A stretch of 64,000 nt of DNA from Acidimicrobiales bacterium (GCA_036525535.1 DATDAH010000199.1:582-64581), one strand, 5' to 3'. Shown: positions 1 to 9,170, numbered from the stretch's first letter. Notes: a model not told the origin generated them from the sequence alone. A program made the numbers and translations.

Positions 1-1083
1 ATCAACGCCTACTCCCAGCTGCCGTCGGACTGGGAGGCCGCCGGGGCGTCGCGCACCCGCTGGCTGGTCCTGCTCACCCTGTTCGGTTTCGTGACCGCGC
101 CCTTCTACATCCTCGGCCCCAAGCGACGGATGGCCGACTCGCTGTCCGCCGCCCGGGCCAATCGCCCGGTGATCGAGGCCACCGTGCTGGCCGGCGTCGA
201 CGGCCGTCCCGGTGTCCCCAAGCCCGATCCCATCCTGGTGGTGGACGGCGTTCGCCGCCGCTTCGGCGGCCTCACCGCGGTCGACGTCGACCACCTGGAG
301 ATCCAGCGGGGGCTCATCACCGGGCTCATCGGGCCCAACGGCGCCGGCAAGACGACCCTGTTCAACCTCCTGACCGGCTTCGACACGCCCGACGACGGGA
401 GCTGGCAGTTCAACGGGGCGGACATGGGGGGCTCGGTGGCCCACATGCTGTCGAGCCGGGGCATGGTCCGGACCTTCCAGCTGACCAAGGCCCTGTCCAA
501 GATGACCGTCCTCGACAACATGATGCTGGGCGGCATCGACCAGCGAGGCGAGCACTTCGCCTCCGCCTTCCTCCGCCCAGCTTGGCGGGACGAGGAAGAT
601 GTGCTGCGGGAACGGGCCCTCGTCCTGCTCGACCGCTTCGGCATGGCCCACATGACCAACGAGTACGCCGGGACCCTCTCGGGCGGCCAGCGGAAGTTGC
701 TGGAGATGGCCCGGGCGCTCATGACCGAGCCCGCCCTGGTCATGCTCGACGAGCCCATGGCCGGCGTGAACCCGGCGCTCACGCAGTCCCTGCTGGGCCA
801 CGTGAAGTCCCTCCGGGAGGAGGGCATGTCGGTCATCTTCGTCGAGCACGACATGGACGTCGTGCGGGACATCAGCGACTGGGTCGTGGTCATGGCCGAG
901 GGATCGATCATCGCCGAGGGCCCCCACGACGACGTCACCGGCAACGCCGCGGTCATCGACGCCTATCTGGGCACCGACCACGGCGAGTCGGTGACCGAGG
1001 GTCCGGTCACCCACGCCCACCAGGAGAGCCACATCGTGGAAGAACGGGAAGAAGCCCTCGAGGAAGGGATCCCCGATGTCTGA
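1..1083 (+). CDS. livG: Branched-chain amino acid ABC transporter ATP-binding protein (LivG-like); 5' end may lie outside the window (possible permease-ATPase fusion)
   Basis: Walker A 'GPNGAGKTTLFN', ABC signature 'LSGGQRKLLEMARAL', Walker B 'LVMLDEP'. Frame 1 is open and strongly GC3-biased from base 1. Alternative internal starts are GTG 91 and ATG 130. Confidence 0.85.
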   Translation: MNAYSQLPSDWEAAGASRTRWLVLLTLFGFVTAPFYILGPKRRMADSLSAARANRPVIEATVLAGVDGRPGVPKPDPILVVDGVRRRFGGLTAVDVDHLEIQRGLITGLIGPNGAGKTTLFNLLTGFDTPDDGSWQFNGADMGGSVAHMLSSRGMVRTFQLTKALSKMTVLDNMMLGGIDQRGEHFASAFLRPAWRDEEDVLRERALVLLDRFGMAHMTNEYAGTLSGGQRKLLEMARALMTEPALVMLDEPMAGVNPALTQSLLGHVKSLREEGMSVIFVEHDMDVVRDISDWVVVMAEGSIIAEGPHDDVTGNAAVIDAYLGTDHGESVTEGPVTHAHQESHIVEEREEALEEGIPDV

Positions 1084-1807
1084 ACCCGAGTTCCTGCTGG
1101 AGGTCCGCGGCCTGGTGGCCGGGTACGTCCCCGAGGTCAACATCCTCAACGGCTGCGATCTGGAGCTGCGGGAGGGTGAGCTGGTGGGCATCATCGGCCC
1201 CAACGGGGCGGGGAAGTCCACCCTGATCAAGGCGCTGTTCGGACTGCTCCCGGTGCGGGAGGGCACGGTCGCCCTGCGGGGCGAGGACGTCACGGGCAAG
1301 CCGGCCCACGAGCTGGTCCGGGCGGGCATCGGCTACGTCCCCCAGCGGGACAACGTGTTCTCCCGGCTGACCATCGCCGAGAACCTGGAGATGGGCGTCT
1401 ACCAGGCCCCCAAGACCTACGCCGCCCAGCGGGATCGCGTGTACGGGATGTTCCCCCGTCTGGCCGAACGGTCCGACCAGCGGGCCGGGCTGCTGTCGGG
1501 GGGTGAGCGTCAGATGCTGGCCATGGGCCGGGCCCTGATGATGGAGCCGTCGGTCCTCCTGCTGGACGAGCCCTCCGCCGGTCTCAGCCCGGTCCTGCAG
1601 ACCGAGGTGTTCGAGCGGGCCGACCAGATCAACGAAGCCGGCGTGTCGATCGTCATGGTCGAGCAGAACGCGCGCCGGTGCCTGCAGGTGTGTGACCGGG
1701 GCTACGTCCTCGACCAGGGCCAGAACGCCTACACCGACTCGGGCGACGCCCTCCTCCACGACCCCAAGGTCATCGAGCTCTACCTCGGCACCCTGGCCAA
1801 GGCCTGA
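1076..1807 (+). CDS. livF: Branched-chain amino acid ABC transporter ATP-binding protein (LivF-like)
   Basis: 'GPNGAGKSTLIKALFG', 'LSGGERQMLAMGRAL', 'LLLLDEPSAGLSP'. Its start overlaps the livG stop by 8 nt. Confidence 0.9.
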   Translation: MSEPEFLLEVRGLVAGYVPEVNILNGCDLELREGELVGIIGPNGAGKSTLIKALFGLLPVREGTVALRGEDVTGKPAHELVRAGIGYVPQRDNVFSRLTIAENLEMGVYQAPKTYAAQRDRVYGMFPRLAERSDQRAGLLSGGERQMLAMGRALMMEPSVLLLDEPSAGLSPVLQTEVFERADQINEAGVSIVMVEQNARRCLQVCDRGYVLDQGQNAYTDSGDALLHDPKVIELYLGTLAKA

Positions 1808-1830
1808 CGCCCGGGGCGGGTCAACCGATG

Positions 1831-1888
1831 TTCCGTTCTGGCGCCTGATTGCGGGGCTGGGGCACCACAATCAGGCGCCAGAACGGGA
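1831..1888. terminator. Bidirectional hairpin between convergent genes (perfect 19-bp stem, 16-nt loop)
   Basis: 'CCGTTCTGGCGCCTGATTG' at 1833-1851 is the exact reverse complement of 1868-1886. It lies between the livF stop (1807) and the decarboxylase stop (2015). No clear U-tract, so this would be an I-shaped terminator. Confidence 0.55.
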
Positions 1889-2014
1889 CGACCGGGCTTG
1901 GCGGTCCGATTTGGCCAGCGGAGCGGGGGATTGTGGCGGACCATCGCCGACGGGCGTGCCCCGATGACCGGTAGCCCGACCCCACGCCCCCTTCGGTGCC
2001 TCGGTTCCGGTCCC

Positions 2015-3391
2015 TCAGCTGATCAGGTCGGCGAGCCGGGTGAGGGTTTCATCGAGGTCTGCTTCGGTCGTCCGCGGGTTGATGGTGCACAGGCGGAGCA
2101 CGGCCCTGCCCCGCAGCGTGGTGGTGGAGACGGCGGCGAACCCGTCCTCGGTGAGATCGGCGGCGGCGCGGACGTGCTGCTCGTCGGAGGCCCCCACCCG
2201 AGCGAACGTGACGATCCCGAGCTGGGCCGGGGTGACGATCTCCCAACCGTCGTCGGCCTCCAGGAGCGACTCGACGTGCTCCGCTGAGGCGATGCCCCGC
2301 TCGACGGCCTCGCCGATGCGCTCGCTGCCGTAGGTCCGGAAGGTCAGCCAGAGCTTGAGGGCCCGGGCTCGCCGGCTCAGCTCCAGTGACCGGCTGCGCA
2401 GGTCGACCTCGTCGGTGTCGGCGACGATGTCGGCCAGGTACTCCGGGTTCATGGTGAAGGCCCGTTCCAGGGCGCCCGGCCGTCGGACCAGGAGCACCCC
2501 GATGTCGTAGGGCTGGAAGAGCCACTTGTGGGGGTCCAGTACGACCGAGTCGGCCCGTTCCAGCCCGGCCAGCACCGAGCGCCCGGACGGCGCCAGGGCG
2601 GCGGGGGCCCCATAGGCGCCGTCGACATGGAGCCAGAGGCCCTCGGCGGCGCAGAGATCGGCGAGCTCGGGGAGCGGGTCGACGGCCCCGGTGTTGGTGG
2701 TCCCCGCGGTGGCCACGACGATCGTCGGCCGGTGCCCGGCGGCGCGGTCGTCGGCCACGGCCCGGTGGACGGCGTCGACGCCCAGCCGGAGGCGATCGTC
2801 GGTCGGGAGCAGTCGGATCTCGGCGAACCCGGTCGCGGCCAGGCCTCGGCCGATGGACGAGTGCGTCTGGTCGGACAGGTAGACGACCCCGTCGCCCCCC
2901 TCGTGGCGGGCGGCCATGAGGCCGGTCAGATTGGCCATCGATCCCCCGGACAGCAGGATGCCCTCGGTGCCGTCCGGGAGGCGGAGGAGGGTGCGCAGCC
3001 AGTCCAGCACGACCAGCTCGACCGTCGTGGGCCCTGCCCCACCGCCCCAGGAGGCGGCGATGGCCTGGAACCCGGTGCCCAGCCACTCGCCGAGCACCGC
3101 GGGGTACGACGACGGCCCGGGGACGCGGGTGAAGAAGCGGGGATGATCGGTGTGCTGCATGGTGGCGAGGGCCACCTGGACCAACGTGGCCATGGCCGCT
3201 TGCGGGTCTCCGGGCTCGGTGGGGACCGGCCCGCCCAGGAGGGCCAGGAGGCGGCCGGGCGAGTCGGTGCGCAGCGCGGGATCGTCGCTGATCTCGGTGA
3301 TGTGGTCGACCACCTGGTCGACGACCCAGTAGCCGAGCCGCCGCATCTCCTCGGGACCGAGGCCGAGCGGGTCCGGATCGGCGTCAGACAA
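2015..3391 (-). CDS. PLP-dependent group II amino-acid decarboxylase
   Basis: PLP-lysine motif 'SVVLDPHKWLFQPYDIGVLLV' and an overall DDC/GAD-type layout. TTG 3391 overlaps the upstream stop; the alternative start is ATG 3346. The N-terminal part of the 539-aa track ORF is rejected. Confidence 0.8.
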   Translation of the reverse strand: MSDADPDPLGLGPEEMRRLGYWVVDQVVDHITEISDDPALRTDSPGRLLALLGGPVPTEPGDPQAAMATLVQVALATMQHTDHPRFFTRVPGPSSYPAVLGEWLGTGFQAIAASWGGGAGPTTVELVVLDWLRTLLRLPDGTEGILLSGGSMANLTGLMAARHEGGDGVVYLSDQTHSSIGRGLAATGFAEIRLLPTDDRLRLGVDAVHRAVADDRAAGHRPTIVVATAGTTNTGAVDPLPELADLCAAEGLWLHVDGAYGAPAALAPSGRSVLAGLERADSVVLDPHKWLFQPYDIGVLLVRRPGALERAFTMNPEYLADIVADTDEVDLRSRSLELSRRARALKLWLTFRTYGSERIGEAVERGIASAEHVESLLEADDGWEIVTPAQLGIVTFARVGASDEQHVRAAADLTEDGFAAVSTTTLRGRAVLRLCTINPRTTEADLDETLTRLADLIS

Positions 3392-4559
3392 TGTGGTGCT
3401 CCGGTCGGACGGTGCCGACGGCGAACCGCTCGGCGGACAGCGGGCTGACGTCCACGAACGGCTCCCGCCCCAGCCACAGGTCCCGGAGCACCTCGCCCAC
3501 CGCCGGTCCCTGGAGGAAGCCGTGGCCGGAGAACCCCGTGGCGTAGAAGAACCCAGGCCGGTCGGTCGCTGCTCCGATGAGCCCGTTGTGGTCGGGGGAG
3601 ACCTCGTAGAGCCCGGCCCACCGGTGGGCCACACCCAGGTCGGCCAGGGCGGGGGCCCGGGCCTCGACGGCGGCGAGGAGGGTGGGGAGCCAGGCGTCGT
3701 CGGTCGAGAGGTCGAAGCCGGGCACCTCGTCCTCGTAGGAGAGGCCCATGAGCATGCCCGGCCCCTCCCGGTGGAAGTAGAAGGTGGAGGCGGCGTCGAT
3801 GGTCATGGGGGTGCTGCGGGGCGCCAGGGCCTGCCGTCGCTCGTCCAAGGCCTCGGTGACCACGATCTGCCGGCGGAGCGGGGTGACGGGCAGGTGGACC
3901 CCGGCCGTGGCGGCCAGGGCCTCGGACCAGGCCCCGGCGACGCAGATGACCGAGCCGGTCGTGACCCGGCCGGCGCCGGTCACGACCGCCGCGACCCCGG
4001 CGGCGTCGGCCTCGATGGAGGTGACCTCGACCCCCGTGAGGAGCGTGGCGCCGAGGCGCCGGGCCGCGGCCGCGTAGCCCTGGACCACGCCGTCGGGCGA
4101 GCAGATGCCGTCCCGGGCGTGGTACGCCGCAGCCAGGAGGTCGTCGGTGCGCAGTATCGGGGCCAGGGCGGCTGCCTCGGTCGGGGGCAGCAGGCGGGTG
4201 GCCACGCCCATCGAGTTCTGCAGGGCCACCGCGGCCTCGAAGGTGGCCAGGTCCTCGGCCGTGGTCAGGCAGAACAGGTACCCGACCTGGTCCAGGTCGA
4301 TGGCCCCGCCCGGCCGCTCGGCGAAGCCCTCGAAGGCCTCCAGGCCCCGGGCCCCGAGGGCGATGTTGACCGCGTCGGAGAACTGGGCCCGGACCCCGCC
4401 CGCCGCCTTCGCCGTGGAGCCCGCCCCCAGCGCGTCCCGTTCGAGGAGGAGGACGTCGGCCACCCCCGCTTCGGCCAGGTGGAAGGCGACGGACGTGCCC
4501 ATGACCCCGCCACCGACGATCACCACCTCAGCCGAGGTCGGCAGGGCCGCCCCGCTCAC
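3384..4559 (-). CDS. FAD-dependent oxidoreductase (sarcosine oxidase beta / L-pipecolate oxidase-like, DAO family)
   Basis: N-terminal dinucleotide fold 'VVIVGGGVMGTSVAFHLAEAG'. GTG 4559 forms a GTGA overlap with the upstream ALDH stop. The Arg-rich N-terminal 310 aa of the 704-aa track ORF is an artefact. Confidence 0.8.
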   Translation of the reverse strand: MSGAALPTSAEVVIVGGGVMGTSVAFHLAEAGVADVLLLERDALGAGSTAKAAGGVRAQFSDAVNIALGARGLEAFEGFAERPGGAIDLDQVGYLFCLTTAEDLATFEAAVALQNSMGVATRLLPPTEAAALAPILRTDDLLAAAYHARDGICSPDGVVQGYAAAARRLGATLLTGVEVTSIEADAAGVAAVVTGAGRVTTGSVICVAGAWSEALAATAGVHLPVTPLRRQIVVTEALDERRQALAPRSTPMTIDAASTFYFHREGPGMLMGLSYEDEVPGFDLSTDDAWLPTLLAAVEARAPALADLGVAHRWAGLYEVSPDHNGLIGAATDRPGFFYATGFSGHGFLQGPAVGEVLRDLWLGREPFVDVSPLSAERFAVGTVRPEHHIV

Positions 4560-6094
4560 GTGAAGGTGACCCCCTGGGCCAGTGGCAGCTCGTCGGAGTA
4601 GTTGACGGTGTTGGTGGCCCGGCGCATGTAGCCCCGCCAGGCGTCGGAGCCCGACTCCCGTCCGCCGCCGGTGTTCTTCTCGCCGCCGAAGGCGCCCCCG
4701 ATCTCGGCGCCCGAGGTCCCGATGTTGACGTTGACGATGCCGCAGTCGGAGCCGTCGGCGGCCAGGAAACGCTCGGCCTCCCGCTGGTCCGTGGTGAAGA
4801 TGGACGAGGACAGGCCCTGAGGGACGTCGTTGTGGAGGGCCACCGCCTCCTCCAGGCTGCGGTAGGTGAGGACGTAGAGCAGCGGGGCGAACGTCTCCCG
4901 CCGGACGACGTCGGTCTGGGCCGGCATCCGCACCAGGGCGGGCCGGACGTAGACGGCGTCGGGCGCCTCGTCGGCCGTCAGCGGCTCTCCGCCGGCCACG
5001 ACCTCGCCCCCCTCGGCCACCGCCTGATCGAGGGCGGCCCGCATGGCATCGGCTGCCCTCGGCGCGATCAGCGGCCCGACCATGGTCCCGTCGGCGAAGG
5101 GGTCGCCGACCGGGAGCCGTCCGAACACCTCGGCCAGCCGGCCGACCAGGTCGTCGACCAGCGACTCGTGGGCGATGACCCGGCGCAGGGTCGTGCAGCG
5201 CTGACCCGCCGTGCCCGCGGCGGCGAACACGATGCCCCGCACGGCCAGGTCGAGGTCGGCCGAGGGCGTGACCACGGCGGCGTTGTTGCCGCCGAGCTCG
5301 AGCAGGCAGCGGCCGAAGCGGGCCGCCACACGGGGGGCGACCAGGGCCCCCATGCGCTCCGAGCCGGTGGCGCTGACCAGGGCCACCCGGGGGTCGTCGA
5401 GCAGCGGGGCGGCGTCGTCGGGACCGGCGACGGCGAGCACGTTCAGGTCGCCCGGCGCGTCGACGTCGGCGGCCGCCCGGTCCAAGAGGGCGGAACACGC
5501 CATGGCGGTCAACGGCGTGGACTCCGACGGCTTCCAGACCACCGTGTCACCGCAGACGAGGGCCAGGGCCGCGTTCCACGACCAGACGGCGACCGGGAAG
5601 TTGAAGGCGCTGATGACGGCCACCACGCCCAGGGGGTGCCAGGTCTCCATCAGCCGGTGCCCCGGCCGCTCCGAGGGCATGGTGCGACCGTCGAGCTGGC
5701 GGGAGAGACCGACGGCGAAGTCGCAGATGTCGATCATCTCCTGGACCTCGCCCCGGGCCTCGGCTCCGATCTTGCCGACCTCGATGGCCACCAGGTCGGC
5801 GAGGTCCTGATGGTGCTCGTCCAGCAGGACCCCGAAGCGCTTCACCAGGGCACCCCGCACGGGAGCGGGGACGGTGCGCCATTCGAGGAAGGCGGCGTGG
5901 GCCCGACCGATGGCGGCGTCCATGCCGTCCCGGTCGACGCCCGGCACGGCGAAGAGCTCCTCGCCGGTGACCGGCGTCCGGGCCGTGATCGTCGGTCCGT
6001 CGCCGATCGCCGGATCCACCCCGCACCGCTCCAGGGCGCCTTGGGCTGACCGGGCCAGATCCTCAGTCGTGTGCTGGAGGTCGATCGTGGTCAC
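4556..6094 (-). CDS. ALDH7-type aldehyde dehydrogenase (L-piperideine-6-carboxylate / alpha-aminoadipic semialdehyde dehydrogenase)
   Basis: Antiquitin-type hallmarks 'GEVQEMIDICDFAVGLSR', 'ISAFNFPVAVWSWNAALA', 'ELGGNNA', 'GQRCTTLRR' and 'GIVNVNIGTSGAEIGGAFGGEKNTGGGRESGSDAWRGYMRR'. Confidence 0.88.
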   Translation of the reverse strand: MTTIDLQHTTEDLARSAQGALERCGVDPAIGDGPTITARTPVTGEELFAVPGVDRDGMDAAIGRAHAAFLEWRTVPAPVRGALVKRFGVLLDEHHQDLADLVAIEVGKIGAEARGEVQEMIDICDFAVGLSRQLDGRTMPSERPGHRLMETWHPLGVVAVISAFNFPVAVWSWNAALALVCGDTVVWKPSESTPLTAMACSALLDRAAADVDAPGDLNVLAVAGPDDAAPLLDDPRVALVSATGSERMGALVAPRVAARFGRCLLELGGNNAAVVTPSADLDLAVRGIVFAAAGTAGQRCTTLRRVIAHESLVDDLVGRLAEVFGRLPVGDPFADGTMVGPLIAPRAADAMRAALDQAVAEGGEVVAGGEPLTADEAPDAVYVRPALVRMPAQTDVVRRETFAPLLYVLTYRSLEEAVALHNDVPQGLSSSIFTTDQREAERFLAADGSDCGIVNVNIGTSGAEIGGAFGGEKNTGGGRESGSDAWRGYMRRATNTVNYSDELPLAQGVTFT

Positions 6095-6170
6095 GGCCCT
6101 CGTCTACCACGCGAACGAGCCGCCCCTCTCGGGGCGGCTCGCACGCTGTTGTCCGGTTGTACCGAGGGGT

Positions 6171-7487
6171 CTATTCCTCGATCGCCGCGAACTGGTACTC
6201 GGTCAGGCTGTCATCGATCTGGTTGTCGGGGCCGTACTGGAGGATCGCGAAGCTCGCCTCCGTGGGCTCACCGGCATCACCGAAGGTGTAAGGACCACCC
6301 GCACCGTCGTAATCGATGTCCTCGCCGTCCGCCACGAGATCACGGCACTCCGCGAAGGTGGTGCACGTGGTGCCGTCGCGGGTCACCCCGTTGATCTCAG
6401 CTGCAATGGCGACTGGATCGTCGGTCCCGGCCACCTCAGCGGCCAGGGCGGTGATGACGACGGCGTCGTAGGTCTCGGGGCCGTAGGAGAAGTCCTCCAG
6501 CTCCGGGTCCACCTCGAGGAGGCGGCCACGCAGGTCCTCGGAGAGCTCGGCCGACGGCAGGGTGCCCCGCACGCCTTCCAGGATCCCCGGGTTGTCGGCG
6601 AAGTTCTCGCCGAGTGCGTTACCGACGTTGCCGTCGACCAGGTAGATGTCCTTGTCGCCCTGCGTGTAGCCCGCCTCGAACAGCGAGGTCAGGATCTGCG
6701 CGGACTCCTCGAAACCGATCATGACGAAGGCGTCAGGGTCGGCGGCGACGATCTCGCCCACCTCGGCGTCGAAGTTCTCGGCCGCGGGGTCATAGACGAT
6801 CCCGCCGTCGTTGGTGACTTCGGCCCCGGCCTCGGTCAGAGGCCCTGCCGTGTACTGCAGCAGACCCTCACCGTAGGGATCCTGGCGAGCCATGATCCCG
6901 ACCGTGGCGTTGCCGTCAGCGACGATCAGGTCGGAGAGGACCCGGCCCTGGAGCACGTCGGACGGGGCGGTACGGAAGTACAGCCCGTTGTCGTCGTACT
7001 CCGTGAAGTCCGGCGACGTGTTCGCCGGCGAGAACTGGATGACGTTCGCGCCGGTGATCTTGTCGATGACCGTGAAGGACACGCCCGACGAGGCGGCGCC
7101 GACGATCACGTCGACACCCTCGGAGAGGAGCCGATCCGTCGTCTGGTTGGCGATGTCGGTGTTGGTGTCACCGGAGTCGCCCGGCGAGTACTCGACATCT
7201 GCGCCGAGCACACCACCTTCGTCGTTGATCTCGTTGATGGCCAGCTGGGCCCCCGCGAACTCAGGTGGCCCGAGGAACGCAAGGTCGCCCGTCTCGGGCA
7301 GGATCGTCCCGACCTTCAGGACCCCGTCGGCGGTACCGCCATCGGGTGCCGTGGTGTCGGAACTGGCTTCGGTCGTGTCGCTACTGGCGGAGTCATCGCC
7401 ACCACTGTCGTCACCGCATGCGGCGACGATCATGGTGAAACCGAAGAACAAGGCCAGCAGACGCCACAGACGTCCGTTGAATCGCAT
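6171..7487 (-). CDS. ABC transporter substrate-binding lipoprotein (LivJ/amino-acid type)
   Basis: Lipobox 'FTMIVAACGDDSGG', then a periplasmic-binding-protein type I pattern ('GVDVIVGAASSGVS'). SD 'GGGGAGAG' lies 5 nt upstream of the ATG. Confidence 0.8.
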   Translation of the reverse strand: MRFNGRLWRLLALFFGFTMIVAACGDDSGGDDSASSDTTEASSDTTAPDGGTADGVLKVGTILPETGDLAFLGPPEFAGAQLAINEINDEGGVLGADVEYSPGDSGDTNTDIANQTTDRLLSEGVDVIVGAASSGVSFTVIDKITGANVIQFSPANTSPDFTEYDDNGLYFRTAPSDVLQGRVLSDLIVADGNATVGIMARQDPYGEGLLQYTAGPLTEAGAEVTNDGGIVYDPAAENFDAEVGEIVAADPDAFVMIGFEESAQILTSLFEAGYTQGDKDIYLVDGNVGNALGENFADNPGILEGVRGTLPSAELSEDLRGRLLEVDPELEDFSYGPETYDAVVITALAAEVAGTDDPVAIAAEINGVTRDGTTCTTFAECRDLVADGEDIDYDGAGGPYTFGDAGEPTEASFAILQYGPDNQIDDSLTEYQFAAIEE

Positions 7488-7630
7488 TTCTCTCCCCTCG
7501 GAAAGCAGCTTGCCGTGGCGTCATCGCCACGGCGAGAGGGAGCATAGGCCACGGTTCGCCGCAGTGTTCATCGCGCAACGGACCTGTAACAGAGGCACAA
7601 TCCTGCGGACACGAGGAGGTCCGGGCCAGG

Positions 7631-8347
7631 GTGACCACCGAACTGCTGTACCTGAGGGACGCGTACCTCCGGGCTTTCGAGGGCACGGTGGCCGAGGTCG
7701 ACGGAAGCCGTCTCCGTCTCGACCGCACCGCGTTCTACCCCACCGGTGGTGGTCAGCCTCACGACACGGGCACCCTGTCCTGGCCGGGCGACCGCGCCGC
7801 TGTCACCGAGGTCACGAAGCAGGGCCCGGAGGCCTGGCACGCCCTCGACGGAGCGGTCCCCGACCTCGGCACGGTCGTGGCCGGCGAGGTCGACTGGGTG
7901 CGGCGCCACGACCTGATGCGGACCCACACCGCCCTGCACATCCTCTGCGGGGTCATCTGGAACGAGTGGGGCACGGCGGTCACCGGCGGCAACATGACGC
8001 CCCTGGCCGCCCGCATGGACTTCGAGTTCGACCCCCTACCCGAGGGCTTCGGGAACCGCGTCGAGGAACTGGTCAACGCCGAGATCGCCGCCGACCGGCC
8101 GATCGAGGTGGCCTTCCTGCCCCGGGACACCGCCATCACCGACGAGGACCTGATCCGGACGAAGGTGAACATGATCCCCGAGTCGGTCACCGAGATCCGG
8201 GTGGTGGACATCGTGGGCCTGGACAAGCAGGCCGACGGCGGGACGCATGTGGCCTCGACGGGCGAGGTCGGGGGCATCCGGGTGGTCAAGACCGAGTCCA
8301 AGGGCAAGGCCAACAAGCGCATCCGCCTCGAGGTCGTCGATGGCTGA
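7631..8347 (+). CDS. Alanyl-tRNA editing protein (AlaX-M-like, tRNA_SAD domain)
   Basis: 'HTALHILCG' HxxxH motif and a 'GGTHV' motif, at AlaX-M-like length (238 aa). Confidence 0.75.
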   Translation: MTTELLYLRDAYLRAFEGTVAEVDGSRLRLDRTAFYPTGGGQPHDTGTLSWPGDRAAVTEVTKQGPEAWHALDGAVPDLGTVVAGEVDWVRRHDLMRTHTALHILCGVIWNEWGTAVTGGNMTPLAARMDFEFDPLPEGFGNRVEELVNAEIAADRPIEVAFLPRDTAITDEDLIRTKVNMIPESVTEIRVVDIVGLDKQADGGTHVASTGEVGGIRVVKTESKGKANKRIRLEVVDG

Positions 8348-9170
8348 GGACGGCGCGACGGCCACCGTCGACCGCCTGCGCCGAGCCCTGGGCGGCCACG
8401 ACCGCGCGGTCGTGGCCTTCAGCGGGGGGGTCGACTCCTCGCTGCTGGCCTACGTCGCCACCGAGACCCTCGGGGCCGATCGGGTCCTGTGCGCCACCGC
8501 CGTCTCCCCGTCTCTCGCCGCCGCCGAGCGGGCAGCCTGCCGGGACCTGGCCGCCGACTGGGGGCTGCGCTGGCAGGAGGTGCGGACCGAGGAGATGACC
8601 CGGGCCGCGTACCGGACCAACGACGGTGACCGCTGCTTCTGGTGCAAGGACGCCCTGATGGACGCGCTCATGCCGCTGGCCGACGAGGTGGACGCCACGG
8701 TGCTGCTCGGGGTCAACGTGGACGATCTGGGCGACCACCGACCGGGCCAGGAGGCGGCCCGCCGACGGGGCGCTCGTTTCCCGCTGGTCGACGCCGGCCT
8801 GCGCAAGGACGAGATCCGCGCCGCCGCCCGGGACCTGGGCCTGGCCGTGTGGGACAAGCCCGCGGCCCCCTGCCTGGCGTCGCGGGTGCCCTACGGCACC
8901 GAGGTCTCGGTGGGCGTGCTCGGCCAGGTCGAACGGGCGGAGGCCGGCCTGCGGGCCCTCGGCCTGGGCGACCTGCGGGTCCGCCACTACGACGACCTGG
9001 CCCGCCTCGAGGTCCCGGTCGCCGCCCTCGAGGTCGTACTGGCCCGTCGCCCCGAGGTGGTGGCGGTGGTCCGGGCGGCCGGCTACCGGTACGTCACCCT
9101 CGACCTCGAGGGGTTGCGCTCGGGGAACCTGAACGCCGCCCTCGACCTCGGGGGTGAGGCGCTGGCGTGA
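8340..9170 (+). CDS. PP-loop ATP-utilising enzyme, LarE-like sulfur transferase family (TIGR00268-like)
   Basis: PP-loop 'VAFSGGVDSSLL' and 'APCLASRVPYG'. ATG 8340 overlaps the alaX stop (ATGGCTGA). Confidence 0.75.
   Translation: MAEDGATATVDRLRRALGGHDRAVVAFSGGVDSSLLAYVATETLGADRVLCATAVSPSLAAAERAACRDLAADWGLRWQEVRTEEMTRAAYRTNDGDRCFWCKDALMDALMPLADEVDATVLLGVNVDDLGDHRPGQEAARRRGARFPLVDAGLRKDEIRAAARDLGLAVWDKPAAPCLASRVPYGTEVSVGVLGQVERAEAGLRALGLGDLRVRHYDDLARLEVPVAALEVVLARRPEVVAVVRAAGYRYVTLDLEGLRSGNLNAALDLGGEALA

Noticed and set aside
4560-5498. N-terminal Arg-rich 313 aa of the 704-aa FAD oxidoreductase track ORF
   Set aside because: It overlaps the strongly supported ALDH7 gene in another frame. 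The Rossmann fold begins right after GTG 4559, which is coupled to the ALDH stop.
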